A DNA stretch of 64,000 nucleotides from Longimicrobiales bacterium (GTDB lineage: Bacteria > Gemmatimonadota > Gemmatimonadetes > Longimicrobiales > Gaopeijiaceae): NCBI GenBank assembly GCA_965238005.1, contig OZ250165.1:2784001-2848000 (forward strand), read 5' to 3'. Each line of letters starts with the position of its first letter. Position 1 is the first letter of the stretch. Shown here one piece after another: positions 20,969-31,297 of this stretch. A program made the translations under genes and the position numbers. Under the pieces are notes generated by a model. The model was not told the origin of the DNA. It searched no databases and was given only the letters and a program-made list of their open reading frames with translations.

Positions 20969-21796
20969 CTAGAATGGGACATCGTCATCCTCTTCATCAT
21001 CCTCTGGAGCTGAGTAGGAAAGGTCTCTAAACCTATCCAACCATTCGTCCAATTCCTTATTCATCCCTCGGTAGCGTCGGGAGATAAATGCGATTGGTTG
21101 ATGCATCTCTTTCAGATAGTCTAGAGTGTGTTGATAGCCTGCCTCCTTCTTGACCTGACTATCATGCACTTCGACGTAACTACTAAGCAGATCTTGGATT
21201 ACCGATTGGGGTAGAGTTTGACGTATCGCAGGTTGTGACGCGAGTCTTCTGTTAAGCTGAAGAATCTCCTCCAACAATTCTCTGTCCGACCGGATCGGCT
21301 CGTCCGGCTCGCCTGCCTCACCGAGGATCTGATTGATCTTTGTTTCAAGATCTGGCCACCATTTTCCGAACACCGTGTCGAGCGTCTTAGACGGCAGTTT
21401 GTTATCGCCGCTTCCGTTGTTGATGACACCGAGCAGCCGGTGCATATCACTCTTCTCAAATTCCGTCGTTTGAAACTGTTTTAACGGACCCGCAAGATCG
21501 GTGTTGTTGATTCCGAACAAGACCGGGCAAACATGAGATTTGTCCAAGCTCTTAGACAGGGCGCCAGCCTCGAACAGAATCCAATCACTGTGAATGTTTT
21601 CCCGTGTTATGCAAAGGATGCCGATCTGCGATTTTGCGAGTTCTGTCGAAATATCGGTCGACCAACGTGTTCCTTTCTCTAGATCTGACGGAGTGAAGTA
21701 CGGCCTAACGAGTTGAAGCACGCCCGGAATCCAATCTCGCAGAGCTTCGCCAACCTTCTTGCTGTACTGCCCCGACCAGCTGATAAACACTTTCAT
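20969..21796 (-). CDS. TIR-domain protein
   Basis: KVFISWSG...W...I...WILFEAGA with catalytic Glu; lower GC. Confidence 0.85.
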   Translation of the reverse strand: MKVFISWSGQYSKKVGEALRDWIPGVLQLVRPYFTPSDLEKGTRWSTDISTELAKSQIGILCITRENIHSDWILFEAGALSKSLDKSHVCPVLFGINNTDLAGPLKQFQTTEFEKSDMHRLLGVINNGSGDNKLPSKTLDTVFGKWWPDLETKINQILGEAGEPDEPIRSDRELLEEILQLNRRLASQPAIRQTLPQSVIQDLLSSYVEVHDSQVKKEAGYQHTLDYLKEMHQPIAFISRRYRGMNKELDEWLDRFRDLSYSAPEDDEEDDDVPF

Positions 21797-22213
21797 GATT
21801 TTTCCTCTAAATTCCGGATACCCTCTGGGAACTCTGCTCTTGCCAGTGGCCTGTGTATCCGTTTCTCACACAGGTCTGAACCGACTGCACTAGCTACAAT
21901 CGCATGAAGAGCCACGCCCGTGTGAATCGCTACCGGGGTAATCTGTGTAAAAGACCCGCGACGTGTGTTGCACATCGTAGTCCCGGCGCGGCGCGGCGGG
22001 TTCTAATCGGACCCGCGCTCCGGCGGAGTGCGCGGGCGGTGAGCTACCGCCCTTCCTCCGGCGCGTCCTGATACCTGATAGCCCACCGGCACCGCCGCCA
22101 TCAAGGCGGCTCCCTAGCGCACATGGTCCGGCACAAGACCGAGGCGGCGCACCGACGGCGCCAGCAGCTGCCCACTGCCCCGCTCTCTGAATCTCTACCG
22201 AGAGGTGCAGTCG

Positions 22214-22663
22214 CTAAGTGTGACGTTGAAGTCCGCGAGAGTACTCCCGATGCTTGTCGTGGTAGATGTAGCGCATCGTGACGCCTCTGTCGAGAAGTTC
22301 GGCCAGGGTGCAGGCGGTGCGCATGACCTCTGGCTTCCAGTCAGCGAGTACGGCACGGCGGAAAGTGGCGATGTCAAGCTCCGCGACCGAGACGTTCACA
22401 AGCCGGTAGTTGTAGGCCAGCACGTCGCCGAAGCCGTAGACGTTCATCATCTCCGTGTCGCGGTTCAGCTGATAGGGCGTGCTCTTGTTGATCTCGTTCG
22501 CAACTGTGGTCACCACTTCCGACGTAATTGGCACGCGGGAAAAGAAGGTCTGTTCGCCTACCACGTTACCTACCACGCGGCCGATGACACCGCCTACAGA
22601 GGAGAAGGCCAGGATGAGCAGGAGAGCGAAGACTCCACCAGCGATGGAGAGGCTCTTCCGCAT
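22214..22663 (-). CDS. Hypothetical membrane-anchored protein
   Basis: N-terminal TM; 149-aa ORF. Confidence 0.5.
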   Translation of the reverse strand: MRKSLSIAGGVFALLLILAFSSVGGVIGRVVGNVVGEQTFFSRVPITSEVVTTVANEINKSTPYQLNRDTEMMNVYGFGDVLAYNYRLVNVSVAELDIATFRRAVLADWKPEVMRTACTLAELLDRGVTMRYIYHDKHREYSRGLQRHT

Positions 22664-22666
22664 CAG

Positions 22667-22891
22667 CTACCTTCCATCCGCTGCCGTGACCTCGTCTGCC
22701 GTGGAGCGGAGCGCCGCAGCAATCTGCATCCGGGCGATCCTCTCCTCAACGTCGAGGAGGTGTCGTTGGTTCTCCACCGTTGCACTCCAGGGGCACGAGG
22801 GAGGTGAGACCCAACCAAGGTGCTCGAAGCGGGTCAGGTCGATGAGTCGGCCAAAGCGGTATTTCGCGTCTTTTGCGCTCGACGTCTGCAT
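22667..22891 (-). pseudogene. Phd/YefM antitoxin-like remnant
   Basis: MQTSSAKDAKYRFGRLID N-terminus, then loss of similarity. Confidence 0.45.
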
Positions 22892-23149
22892 GCGACTCCC
22901 CTGGCTGGTGGCAACTCAAATCTTGGCCAATTGGCCGACCGGCGCAAACCGGATTACACCCACGCAGAGCCCGCCGCCACACCTTCTAGGCTTGGGTCGT
23001 GAGGCGGACCAGGGTGGGGGAGGTTGCCTGGGAGCGACCCCCCATCTCGGCATGCCTCGATCGGCATCGGGGAGGATGGCGATGGGCATCCCCATCGTCC
23101 CCTCCGCCGCGGGGTCGCTCCCAGCCAGCAGTCCCTCCGGGAAGGGGGT

Positions 23150-23280
23150 TCGGGGGGCTCGCCCCCCGCCCGCGCACTCCGCCGGAGCGCGGGTCCTCAG
23201 GGGGGTCGAAGGGGGGGCGGAGCCACCCCTCGCCAGATGCCCAATGTTTTACATTGGGTAGGCTGGCTTAAGCACCTTAG
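23150..23280. promoter_or_regulatory. ColE1-like oriT module (copy next to integrase 2)
   Basis: CCCAATGT-TTT-ACATTGGG hairpin followed by TAGGCTGGCTTAA (CTGG^CTTA). Confidence 0.6.
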
Positions 23281-23315
23281 TCTCCGCCCAAGGTGCCGCG
23301 ACGGTGGGCTGCAAC

Positions 23316-24503
23316 CTATGGCTTGCGACTGTCGCCGGTGAGGTACGCAGCCCACTGCTCCATCAGGACGCGCCTGCGCTCGAACAGGTCCGAACGCGCA
23401 TAGGCAGCTTCCACCTTGTTGCGAACCGCATGCGCCAACGCGGCCTCGGCGACCTCACGCGGTGCGTTGGAACACTCGCCGCACCAGTCCCTGAAGCTCG
23501 AACGAAAGCCGTGCGGCACGGCCGCGATACCCAGGTCTCGAAGCAGCGTGGGGAGTCTGCTGCCGGGAAATGCGCGGCCCTCCGGCGACGGGAAAACGAG
23601 ACCGCTGCCGCCGCCGAGCGTCCGCGCCTCGCTCAGTATCTCCATGGCGCGCCCGGACAGCGGCACCCTGTGGGGGCGATGGGCTTTCGTGCGTTCGGCG
23701 GGAACCGTCCACTCCCGAGCCTCCAGGTCGATTTCATCCCAGTGCGCCAAGCGAACCTCTCCCGAGCGGGCCGCCGTCAACACCAGGAACTCGAAGGCGA
23801 GTTTCGTGGTCGGGTAAGCGTGCGACCTCCGCACCGTTTCCATCGCGCCCGCGACCTTCGAGTGAGGCAACGCGCGCATGTGCCGGACTACGGCTTGCTG
23901 TCGGCCGAGCGCTTGACCGAGCACGTCGCTGGCGGGGTTGTCCGGCCGAAGCCCCATCGCCACCGCCCACTTCATCACCGCCCCGATGCGCTGGCGCACC
24001 CGCCGGGCAGTCACCTGCTTGTCGTGCCAGATCGGTGTCAGCACCGCCAGAACGTCGGCTGTCGTTATCTCGCCAACCGGTCGATGGCCGAGCTGTGGGA
24101 ACGCATAGACGCGCAGGCTGGAGACCCAGTCCTTCGCATGCCTGGGGCTGCGCCAGCCCGGCCGCAGCTGTTCCAGAACACGGGCGGCCGCCTCGGCGAA
24201 CGTGGGCATGTCCCGGACCTTGTGCCGCTCGGTACGCGGATCGCCGCCCGAGCGCGCGATCTTGCGGTTCATGAATGCCTTCTCGCGCGCCTCGGCCAGC
24301 GATACCAGCTGGTAGCCCCCGAGCCCCAGCGTGCGGTTTCGACCCTGGATCCGTAGACGCTGCTCCCATCGGCGCGCGCCCGATCGGTCCACGCGCAGAT
24401 AGAGGCCGTTCCCATCGCAGTAGTATCCGGGCTTCGCACTGCGCACGAAGGCCGCGCTGAGTGCGTTATGCGGGCGCCTGCCTCGATGTTTGGGTAAATC
24501 CAT
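23316..24503 (-). CDS. P4-type tyrosine integrase, copy 2
   Basis: Near-identical to copy 1 except the C-terminus; catalytic motifs intact. Confidence 0.95.
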   Translation of the reverse strand: MDLPKHRGRRPHNALSAAFVRSAKPGYYCDGNGLYLRVDRSGARRWEQRLRIQGRNRTLGLGGYQLVSLAEAREKAFMNRKIARSGGDPRTERHKVRDMPTFAEAAARVLEQLRPGWRSPRHAKDWVSSLRVYAFPQLGHRPVGEITTADVLAVLTPIWHDKQVTARRVRQRIGAVMKWAVAMGLRPDNPASDVLGQALGRQQAVVRHMRALPHSKVAGAMETVRRSHAYPTTKLAFEFLVLTAARSGEVRLAHWDEIDLEAREWTVPAERTKAHRPHRVPLSGRAMEILSEARTLGGGSGLVFPSPEGRAFPGSRLPTLLRDLGIAAVPHGFRSSFRDWCGECSNAPREVAEAALAHAVRNKVEAAYARSDLFERRRVLMEQWAAYLTGDSRKP

Positions 24504-24660
24504 TTCCTAGGCCCCGTATAAAGTATCGTATGTTATGTACGGGAACATAGCGGACGTACAGGGACCCTGCAACCCGGAGTGTACTCCATAACTAACTGCA
24601 ATCATGATAGTTAGAGAATCATACTGGACACTCATGGAGTGTATCGGAATCCATGCGCAG

Positions 24661-25281
24661 CAGACGGTTGATCAGCTCGGAGAGAAGCCGCGAGGCTTCG
24701 GCGGGCTCGAGCATCTCGATCGGCGTGTGCTCCTCCACGAGCGCACGGCCCGCGTCCACCGTCGAGCGAAAGCGGGCGGCGGCCGCCTCGATCTCGGAAC
24801 CGAGGTAGGTCGGCGCGCCCCCTCGGCGGCGCTTCCACCACTGCATGAGCCGGGAGGCGCTTCCTGTTCTGGGCCCGTCTGCGACCGTGCGTAGACGGGG
24901 ATCGTGCGACCAGACCAGATAGGCTTCGAGCTGCTGGACGCGGCCCGACAGAAACGCACTCCGCTTCCGCTGCGACACCGCTACGATGCCGGAGCCCTCG
25001 TCGTCCGCGGCCTCGGGCACACTCGGCCGACGGAGCAGATAGAAGTAGAGGCGCGTGTCGGCGTCCAAACCCGAGAGCAACCGCTGCCAGCGGCCCAGCA
25101 CGCGGTCGATCTGTTCGGGCGAACGCCCATCCACCACCGCGGGCTCCAGCCGCCCGGCCGCGATCAGCTCGCCCGAGCGGGTCAGGCAGGTACGGCCGTC
25201 CTCGAGCCAGCCCCAGTAGGGCAGCTCCTCGGCCAACGAGCCGGCCGCCTCGTGGTCCCGGAGCTCCGCGGAGATCCTCAC
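24661..25281 (-). pseudogene. virB4: VirB4 N-terminal fragment
   Basis: Follows virB2-virB3; LAEELPYWGW..LTRSGEL; cut at 24661. Confidence 0.7.
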
Positions 25282-25580
25282 CGCCCGCTCCGGATCACGA
25301 GATACCAGGGCTCATCGGACCACTTGCCCGGATCGAAGCGGGCCGGGTAGCGGGTCCCGGCGCGGAGCACGCCAAGCATGTCCGGGTCTTTGCGGCCGGC
25401 GAGCCACCCGGCCCCATAGCCGACCGCGAACACCACGCCGCCCGTCACCAGCGAAGCCGTCGCGTTCCACATCGCGAGCCCGAGCGTGGCGACGAGCAGA
25501 AACCCCCTACGCTCCACACCCAGGATCGTGAGCGGACGGTTCAGCGCCGGATAGCCGGCCCAGCGCCTCAGACCCCTCAT
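25278..25580 (-). CDS. virB3: VirB3/TrbD
   Basis: ALNRPLTILGVER...TMs...KDP. Confidence 0.8.
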   Translation of the reverse strand: MRGLRRWAGYPALNRPLTILGVERRGFLLVATLGLAMWNATASLVTGGVVFAVGYGAGWLAGRKDPDMLGVLRAGTRYPARFDPGKWSDEPWYLVIRSGR

Positions 25581-25873
25581 CAGAAGAGCCACGCCAGGAA
25601 GTTGGCCGCGCCCATCGCCATCCCGAGACCGAAGATGATCCCGGCCAGCGTCCGCTTGCTACCGCCCTCGCCGAACGCGAACATCAGCCCGCCCACCACG
25701 ATCGCGATCAGCGACAGCCCCCGCGCGATCGGACCCGTGAACTGCGCCTGCAGCTCGTTCACCGCCTCAACCCACGGGCTCGTCCCCTGCGCCCACAGCA
25801 GCCCGGGGGACAGCAACCACAGCGTGAGCGTGGCCCAGGCCGCCGCTCGTACCGTCCTTATGAAAGGTTGCAT
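25580..25873 (-). CDS. virB2: TrbC/VirB2 pilin
   Basis: Signal peptide; SPW...FTGPIARGLSLIAIVVGGLMFAFGE. Confidence 0.88.
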   Translation of the reverse strand: MQPFIRTVRAAAWATLTLWLLSPGLLWAQGTSPWVEAVNELQAQFTGPIARGLSLIAIVVGGLMFAFGEGGSKRTLAGIIFGLGMAMGAANFLAWLF

Positions 25874-25908
25874 CGTCTTCTCCTTGGTCTCTCGCTGGGA
25901 TGCGCCGC

Positions 25909-26400
25909 TCACTCGGCCTCGCCGCGGCTCAACGCGATCTGTTTGCGGATCCACTCGTCCACCTCCTCCTCGATCCAGCCGACAGCGCGCGCGCCCAGCT
26001 GGACGGGTCTGGGGAAGGACCCCTCGGCCAGCCGCACGTAGATCGTGCTCCGCCCGAGCCCCGTGCGAGCTTGCACGGCCGGGAGCCGCACGATGCGGAT
26101 CGGCACCTCCATTTCCTGCACCATGGTTCTCGTCATCTCTCTGCCTCTCCGTTCTCTCGGGGATGAATCCCGGAGCCGGTCGCTCCGGGAGGAAACAGGG
26201 TCCACACCGGCCTCGTCGAAGCCTTCCATGAACGCCAGGAGCTGATCGGCCGTCGCGAGCGTCGGGGAGCGGCCAAGGCGTAGCTCACGCACCAGGTTCG
26301 GATCGCCAACCGCCTGGCGGCCAAGCGTCGCCGGACCCACTCCCGTGCGCTCGAGGAACGCATCCACTCGCGCCATGAAAAGCCCCTTCAGCGTCTCCAT
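25909..26400 (-). CDS. Cro-like HTH joined to an AlpA-family regulator/excisionase
   Basis: C-terminal IVRLPAVQARTGLGRSTIY...FPRPVQLGARAVGW. Confidence 0.75.
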   Translation of the reverse strand: METLKGLFMARVDAFLERTGVGPATLGRQAVGDPNLVRELRLGRSPTLATADQLLAFMEGFDEAGVDPVSSRSDRLRDSSPRERRGREMTRTMVQEMEVPIRIVRLPAVQARTGLGRSTIYVRLAEGSFPRPVQLGARAVGWIEEEVDEWIRKQIALSRGEAE

Positions 26401-26908
26401 GCGGGTAACGCTGAAGGCGCTTAGGCAACAATGTCAATCCGTAGGAAATGACCGACGTTCTTAGTGGATCTATTGGAATTGAAGTAGAACAGCGGCCTCT
26501 CCGGCCGCTCCGCCAGCGGGGCTTGGAGCGGGTGTGGGAGAGCCGCTCGAGGCTGTCGAGAACGTAAAACGGGGTGGGTCGAGACGCAGCCTATCCGGGG
26601 CGATCTATTCGCTGTGGCAAACCCAGGTGCTCAATCCTCCTGAGTCCGATTCATGCCGATCACGGATTCTCAGGCATGTCGCACACGGACAGACACCCAG
26701 CCGACTACAACTGGGCAAGGCCCAGCGACGGATTCGGCCTCAGCAGGTGGTTCTACACGAAGCGACGGCCAGCCGGGGGGTTCCGCCGCCGGCTATAGCG
26801 GAGTGCCTGAGCCCGAGGGTCGGGACGGGCCGTAGGGGTGCGGGAACAAGGCGAGCGTGGATGCCGCTGTGCCCCGGATGGCAAGACTGCCGCGGAGCGG
26901 CAGCGTCT

Positions 26909-27490
26909 TCAGTCGTTCGTCGAATCACGTGACTCAGCCTGGCTGTACTCCTGTGTCGTCGGGAGAGCTTGACCGGTGGGTGATGGCTCTTCAACGGACG
27001 GTACCCATACAGGCAGCACCCGTTTGCCTTCCAACAGCTCGCGCACACCGGTTCGAATAGCAACCTGGTCCGTCTCTGTTTCGCCGAACCCGCGAGGAAA
27101 GTACGCGTTGCGACGAAGGTGTGTCCGATCGAAGTCATAGCCAACGCCTACCGCGATATTGTAAAGTAGGTCAATAAAAAGATCGAGAGTCTTTTCGTGC
27201 CAAACTTCACTTGGCATGTTTGCAGAATTTAGGATGTCCAGGTATGCCTTCCACGCAGACCGTACCCGCTTGGACTTCGCATCCACTCCGCTGAACTCGA
27301 CATCGATCATGTTCAGAGCGTTCACATGATCTGGGGCGAGCCGGGAAGCCCGTGTCATCATGAGGGTGCGGAAGAGCGTCAGGCGACGCTGCCGCTTTTC
27401 TCGACGAGTCTCCAGAAAGACGGAGACTTGGATTGCGATCAGGGGCGCCAATAGGACCGCGTCGACCATCAGTACGTCAGTCAGGGACAT
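26909..27490 (-). CDS. DUF6680-like protein
   Basis: N-terminal TM, LFRTLMMTR...HVNALNMIDVEF...AWKAYLD. Confidence 0.55.
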   Translation of the reverse strand: MSLTDVLMVDAVLLAPLIAIQVSVFLETRREKRQRRLTLFRTLMMTRASRLAPDHVNALNMIDVEFSGVDAKSKRVRSAWKAYLDILNSANMPSEVWHEKTLDLFIDLLYNIAVGVGYDFDRTHLRRNAYFPRGFGETETDQVAIRTGVRELLEGKRVLPVWVPSVEEPSPTGQALPTTQEYSQAESRDSTND

Positions 27491-28180
27491 GCTGGTCTCC
27501 TAGGGATCCGTGTCGACAATCACCTTAACCCTGGATTGACTAGGTCTGCACCGGCCCGGGTGATGGACCGTTCTTGTTAGGCTCCGCGCAGGGGTCACCC
27601 GAAAGCCATTTCCGACTCATCGAGCATGTTGGAGAAAGTGGCTCATCGGTCTATCCCCATGTCGGGCGCCAATAGATATAGCCCAGTTTACCCTCACCCC
27701 CCTGCTCTTGGGCAGCGATGGCCAAACCATACGACGCCTGAAGGCCAGTGACGAACTCCCTCTGTCCGCGGTAACTCGGATAGCGTACGTGGCGCCCTTA
27801 CGCCCAGACCGGCAAGAGTAGTCTGTGCATGGGTCGATCCTTTCGGAGTGCTTGCCCCCCCACAACAGTGCTGTCACAACGCCAGAAGCACTGGTTGTCT
27901 TGGCCAACGGTCTCGTCCCAAACAACCTCGCCGGGCAAAAGATGAGTTTCCTCGATGAATGCCAGTCCAGTTTGCCGACCGCCACGGTACCCAAGGTCAC
28001 GGTCGGCCCGGAGCGCCTCAACTCCTTTGGCAAGTGCGCCGCCTCGAGGACTGGGTAGCCATTCCCCTACGGGGTCAGCAGGCGTTCCCACAACAACTTG
28101 AATACAATTATCGAAGTGAAGCGTCTCATAAGTTCTCTTGATTACTTGCCATAATTGTCAATTTCGGCCATTTCATCCGG

Positions 28181-29347
28181 CTATTTAAATGTAATCGTGC
28201 GTTCCTCTAGATCAGCGATAACAGTCCCTCCTCGATGTTTACACACTTCCCTGAATACTCGAAATCCCTCCAGTATCGCGACCTCCCACTGCCAAAGTGG
28301 GCGACTCTCCACTTCATACCCTTTCACAAGTTTCTGAATGGCCTTCAACAGTGAGTAGTCGAGGGCGTTGATATTCCGAAAATGATGGTTCTGGAGGCCG
28401 TGGTTAAAGATCCATGTAGAGATGCCTTCTTCAATCAGGCTGGCACGTGCACCATCTTCATTCTCATCGATCTCTGGGCGGCTCTTCCGTTTGGCTTTGA
28501 ACAGGCGCCGCACAACTGGGGACCAGCCAAGAATCGCTGCATATGCGAGATGAAACACGTCGTGAAAGCGGTAATTATCTGGCGTAGAACGGTTGTCCGT
28601 TAATGGGTCTCCGATAGCGATTCCATTGCACTTCTGGATAACGTACTTCTTTCCTAACACATCTTTTTCTTTGAATACAATCTCAATCCGACGTGGCAGA
28701 CGCTCATCTTCGTCAAAGTCGTCGTCATACAGTGCTTGCCATTTCTGTTCCCTCGGCCATCGACTTTGAGTTTTGTTCATATTGGAGCGTGCCGCCGCGT
28801 CGAGGCTTACATCAGCAGCGTCAGCAGTCGCAACGAGGGCGAGCAAGATATCGGATAGGTCGGCTAAGAGTGCATCTTGATTCGTATCGAATCTCCCATT
28901 GCTGAAGTTATCAATTACCTGGCCAACATTTGCCGCAAGGGCCATGAGACGCCTCTCGACGACTTCTGTCGAGTGAGGTCCTTCAAAATCATCTTTTCTC
29001 GTTTGGATATCAATGAACGTTGAAGCGGCCTCTTGTCCCCTATAGTCCCAATCCGATAGACCGGCAGGTAGGCGCGTGGCAATTTCGGAAAAAGGAAGGC
29101 CTGCGCGAAGCGCTGCATTTGCGAAGTACCAAAGCACATCGCCCAACTCCTCGATGACCGAATCCCGGTATGCAACGTACGACTCCTTGTCCCGTTGTTT
29201 CTTCTTCAACTGGCTGAGTAAGCTGCCAGTTTCACCAAAAAGACCAAAAAGAACGAACCCTAATCCTGATAATCCTGGGCGGTCGTTCTTGTCAGTTAGT
29301 GTCGTTGCGTGCTGGTACTCGTCTAGTCCCAGTGGTGACGATGCCAT
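28181..29347 (-). CDS. MazG-family nucleotide pyrophosphohydrolase with C-terminal MazG-associated domain
   Basis: GLFGETGSL...EELGDVLWY; a second degenerate MazG repeat; GDPLTDN..YRFHDVFH..EDGARA..EE. Confidence 0.8.
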   Translation of the reverse strand: MASSPLGLDEYQHATTLTDKNDRPGLSGLGFVLFGLFGETGSLLSQLKKKQRDKESYVAYRDSVIEELGDVLWYFANAALRAGLPFSEIATRLPAGLSDWDYRGQEAASTFIDIQTRKDDFEGPHSTEVVERRLMALAANVGQVIDNFSNGRFDTNQDALLADLSDILLALVATADAADVSLDAAARSNMNKTQSRWPREQKWQALYDDDFDEDERLPRRIEIVFKEKDVLGKKYVIQKCNGIAIGDPLTDNRSTPDNYRFHDVFHLAYAAILGWSPVVRRLFKAKRKSRPEIDENEDGARASLIEEGISTWIFNHGLQNHHFRNINALDYSLLKAIQKLVKGYEVESRPLWQWEVAILEGFRVFREVCKHRGGTVIADLEERTITFK

Positions 29348-29616
29348 GAATTCGTACCTCTCGTGCCAGAGTATTGGGGCTCGTTGTGTCTTTGTTCAGA
29401 ATTCGGTAGGATGGGCCAATCTTACACTGAGGCAGGGATCAGCGCAGGGATTCTGGGCATGACCCACTGACTTCAAGGGTCGGTTCGTTCCGAGAGCACA
29501 CGCGGGAGCTGCTAGGTTGACCCACCAGGACCGACCATGCATCTGGCTTCGTCTTCGAGAAACTGTTCACGTACTCGGAGCCGGAGATCGCCCACAGATG
29601 CGGCGCTGAACGCGAA

Positions 29617-30690
29617 TCAGACCTGCTCTCCGAGTCCACTCGCAATCCGGGAGTTGATCCCCCACTTGGGCGGGTACCAGGGTCGTGGCAGCTCGCCTGT
29701 CTCTCGGAACGACTGCTTGATACGAGTTCTCCCAGACACTCCGGGGAAGTCGGGATGTGCAACTCTGGCGTACTTGCCCACTTCACAGAAGAGGTTTTGA
29801 CAGTCTATATACTGGAGTGGTCTGCCCCATAGATCCTTGAACGTGATTCCGAATCCTTCGAACTCCTCATCTTGCCGATCCACCATGAGCTTTATCACGT
29901 CGACTTCGTTCAATCCTCCGAGGTCGTGAAAACATTTGTGGATGCCGTCGATAGCGCCGGGGCCCGGCACAACGAACTCAGACTCGGAGAAATCAACAAT
30001 GGGTCCATAGTTCAGGTCGGTCACGAACTGATATGCTAGGAAGTCTCCAATAGATGGAAACGAGCGAATCAGCATGAACGCGTCCTGCATCCGTTGGCAT
30101 TCTTGGAGTCGGTCCGGCACGTCTGCAGCCATCATCTGCTCCAGCAATCGAAGGTGGTTGCGGTGCTTTCGTCGAGATCCGAACAAACTGGGTGAGGGAA
30201 CGATGTAGGCAGCGGAGTAGAGTTTGTCTCCGCGTCGAAAGGCTCCGTCTAGGACTCGGTCGTACTCCCCGAAGCTGTATGTCGACCAAGAGACTTCTCC
30301 AAACTCACTTTCGAGCCTCTGCCAAGTGTGAATTCGATTAAAGAGCTTGAAGAGGATCGTTCGAAAAAAAAGTTCGATGGGCGTTTGGAGTGGCTGGTGG
30401 ATGACACGCCGAATCAAAAACTGACTCGTCCGATCTGAAGCACGATACGCGTTCGTGAACTTGAACTTCTGAAGAATAGGATCCTCCGTCCATGGTGCAG
30501 GATGACCCTGGACGCGACGGAAGAAGATCTCCTGTCGAGCAGCCGCTAGGCGCCAGTAGCTCTCGTATACAGGTGTCGGGATTGCCGGTCGCAGGCGCAC
30601 AAAGACCTCGGGTGCGACTTGCGAAGGGGCCTTTCGGGACGAAATCGCTAGCCGCAGCTGCGCGTCGCCCGCTGGCTTCTCACGGCCCAA
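29617..30690 (-). CDS. DNA base-hypermodification protein (aGPT-Pplase2 / 5-hmdU-kinase-associated helical family)
   Basis: RQEIFFRR..PWTEDPILQKFKFTNAYRASDR; HhH-like FPSIGDFLAYQ; GPGA; QNLFCEVGKY. Confidence 0.75.
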   Translation of the reverse strand: MGREKPAGDAQLRLAISSRKAPSQVAPEVFVRLRPAIPTPVYESYWRLAAARQEIFFRRVQGHPAPWTEDPILQKFKFTNAYRASDRTSQFLIRRVIHQPLQTPIELFFRTILFKLFNRIHTWQRLESEFGEVSWSTYSFGEYDRVLDGAFRRGDKLYSAAYIVPSPSLFGSRRKHRNHLRLLEQMMAADVPDRLQECQRMQDAFMLIRSFPSIGDFLAYQFVTDLNYGPIVDFSESEFVVPGPGAIDGIHKCFHDLGGLNEVDVIKLMVDRQDEEFEGFGITFKDLWGRPLQYIDCQNLFCEVGKYARVAHPDFPGVSGRTRIKQSFRETGELPRPWYPPKWGINSRIASGLGEQV

Positions 30691-31297
30691 CGGTTGCGGT
30701 CAGATCCAAGGCCGCTCTCACCTTTTCCTTTGCCTGCTTTAACGTTCCTTCGTTAACGATCCGTATGACGTTCAGTTCTCCCTCTGCTAGCCGTCCGTAG
30801 GCGAGAGACAGCTTCCTGAATTGATCTCGGTCGTGCTCCTCCCGAAAAGGCTGCCGACGCTCGACCAGAAAGATTGGAGTGGGGCTGAGTGCACCCCATG
30901 TGCTCTTCTCCAATTCCAACAGGGCCGTCATCTGCGACTCAGCAACACCGTTAGCCACGCCATAGACCCAGGCCGACCACCAATACCGATCCAAGAGCAC
31001 GGTTTTGCCAGATCGAATGGCTGGCTTGATACGCTTGTCGATCGCATCAATGTGTGCCGCAACGTGGAGCATCTGGAGTGCAAATGGCTCAATGTCGTAA
31101 CTACCGTGATGAAGGTCATAGACCCAGCGACCCAGTGAACCGGGATCGTTACCCGGGAAGGCCAGGCCGACGACCGGAAGGTTCGCCTCCTTCAGAAGAT
31201 CCAGGCAAAATGAATGCAGCGTCGACTTGCCGACCCCGTCGGGTCCCTCCAAGACGATCAATCTTCCGGGCCGTGAGCCTCCGCCGTCCGGGCTCAT
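30680..31297 (-). CDS. Thymidylate (dNMP) kinase
   Basis: IVLEGPDGVGKST P-loop; LLDRYWWS. Confidence 0.85.
   Translation of the reverse strand: MSPDGGGSRPGRLIVLEGPDGVGKSTLHSFCLDLLKEANLPVVGLAFPGNDPGSLGRWVYDLHHGSYDIEPFALQMLHVAAHIDAIDKRIKPAIRSGKTVLLDRYWWSAWVYGVANGVAESQMTALLELEKSTWGALSPTPIFLVERRQPFREEHDRDQFRKLSLAYGRLAEGELNVIRIVNEGTLKQAKEKVRAALDLTATVGP

Noticed and set aside
27523..27582. Possible second attC (GCCTAAC...GTTAAGG on the minus strand) before the DUF6680-like gene
   Set aside because: L boxes and internal symmetry are too weak to call
27617..28150. Short ORFs downstream of mazG as an eighth operon gene
   Set aside because: No recognisable motif or convincing start; possibly a decayed gene
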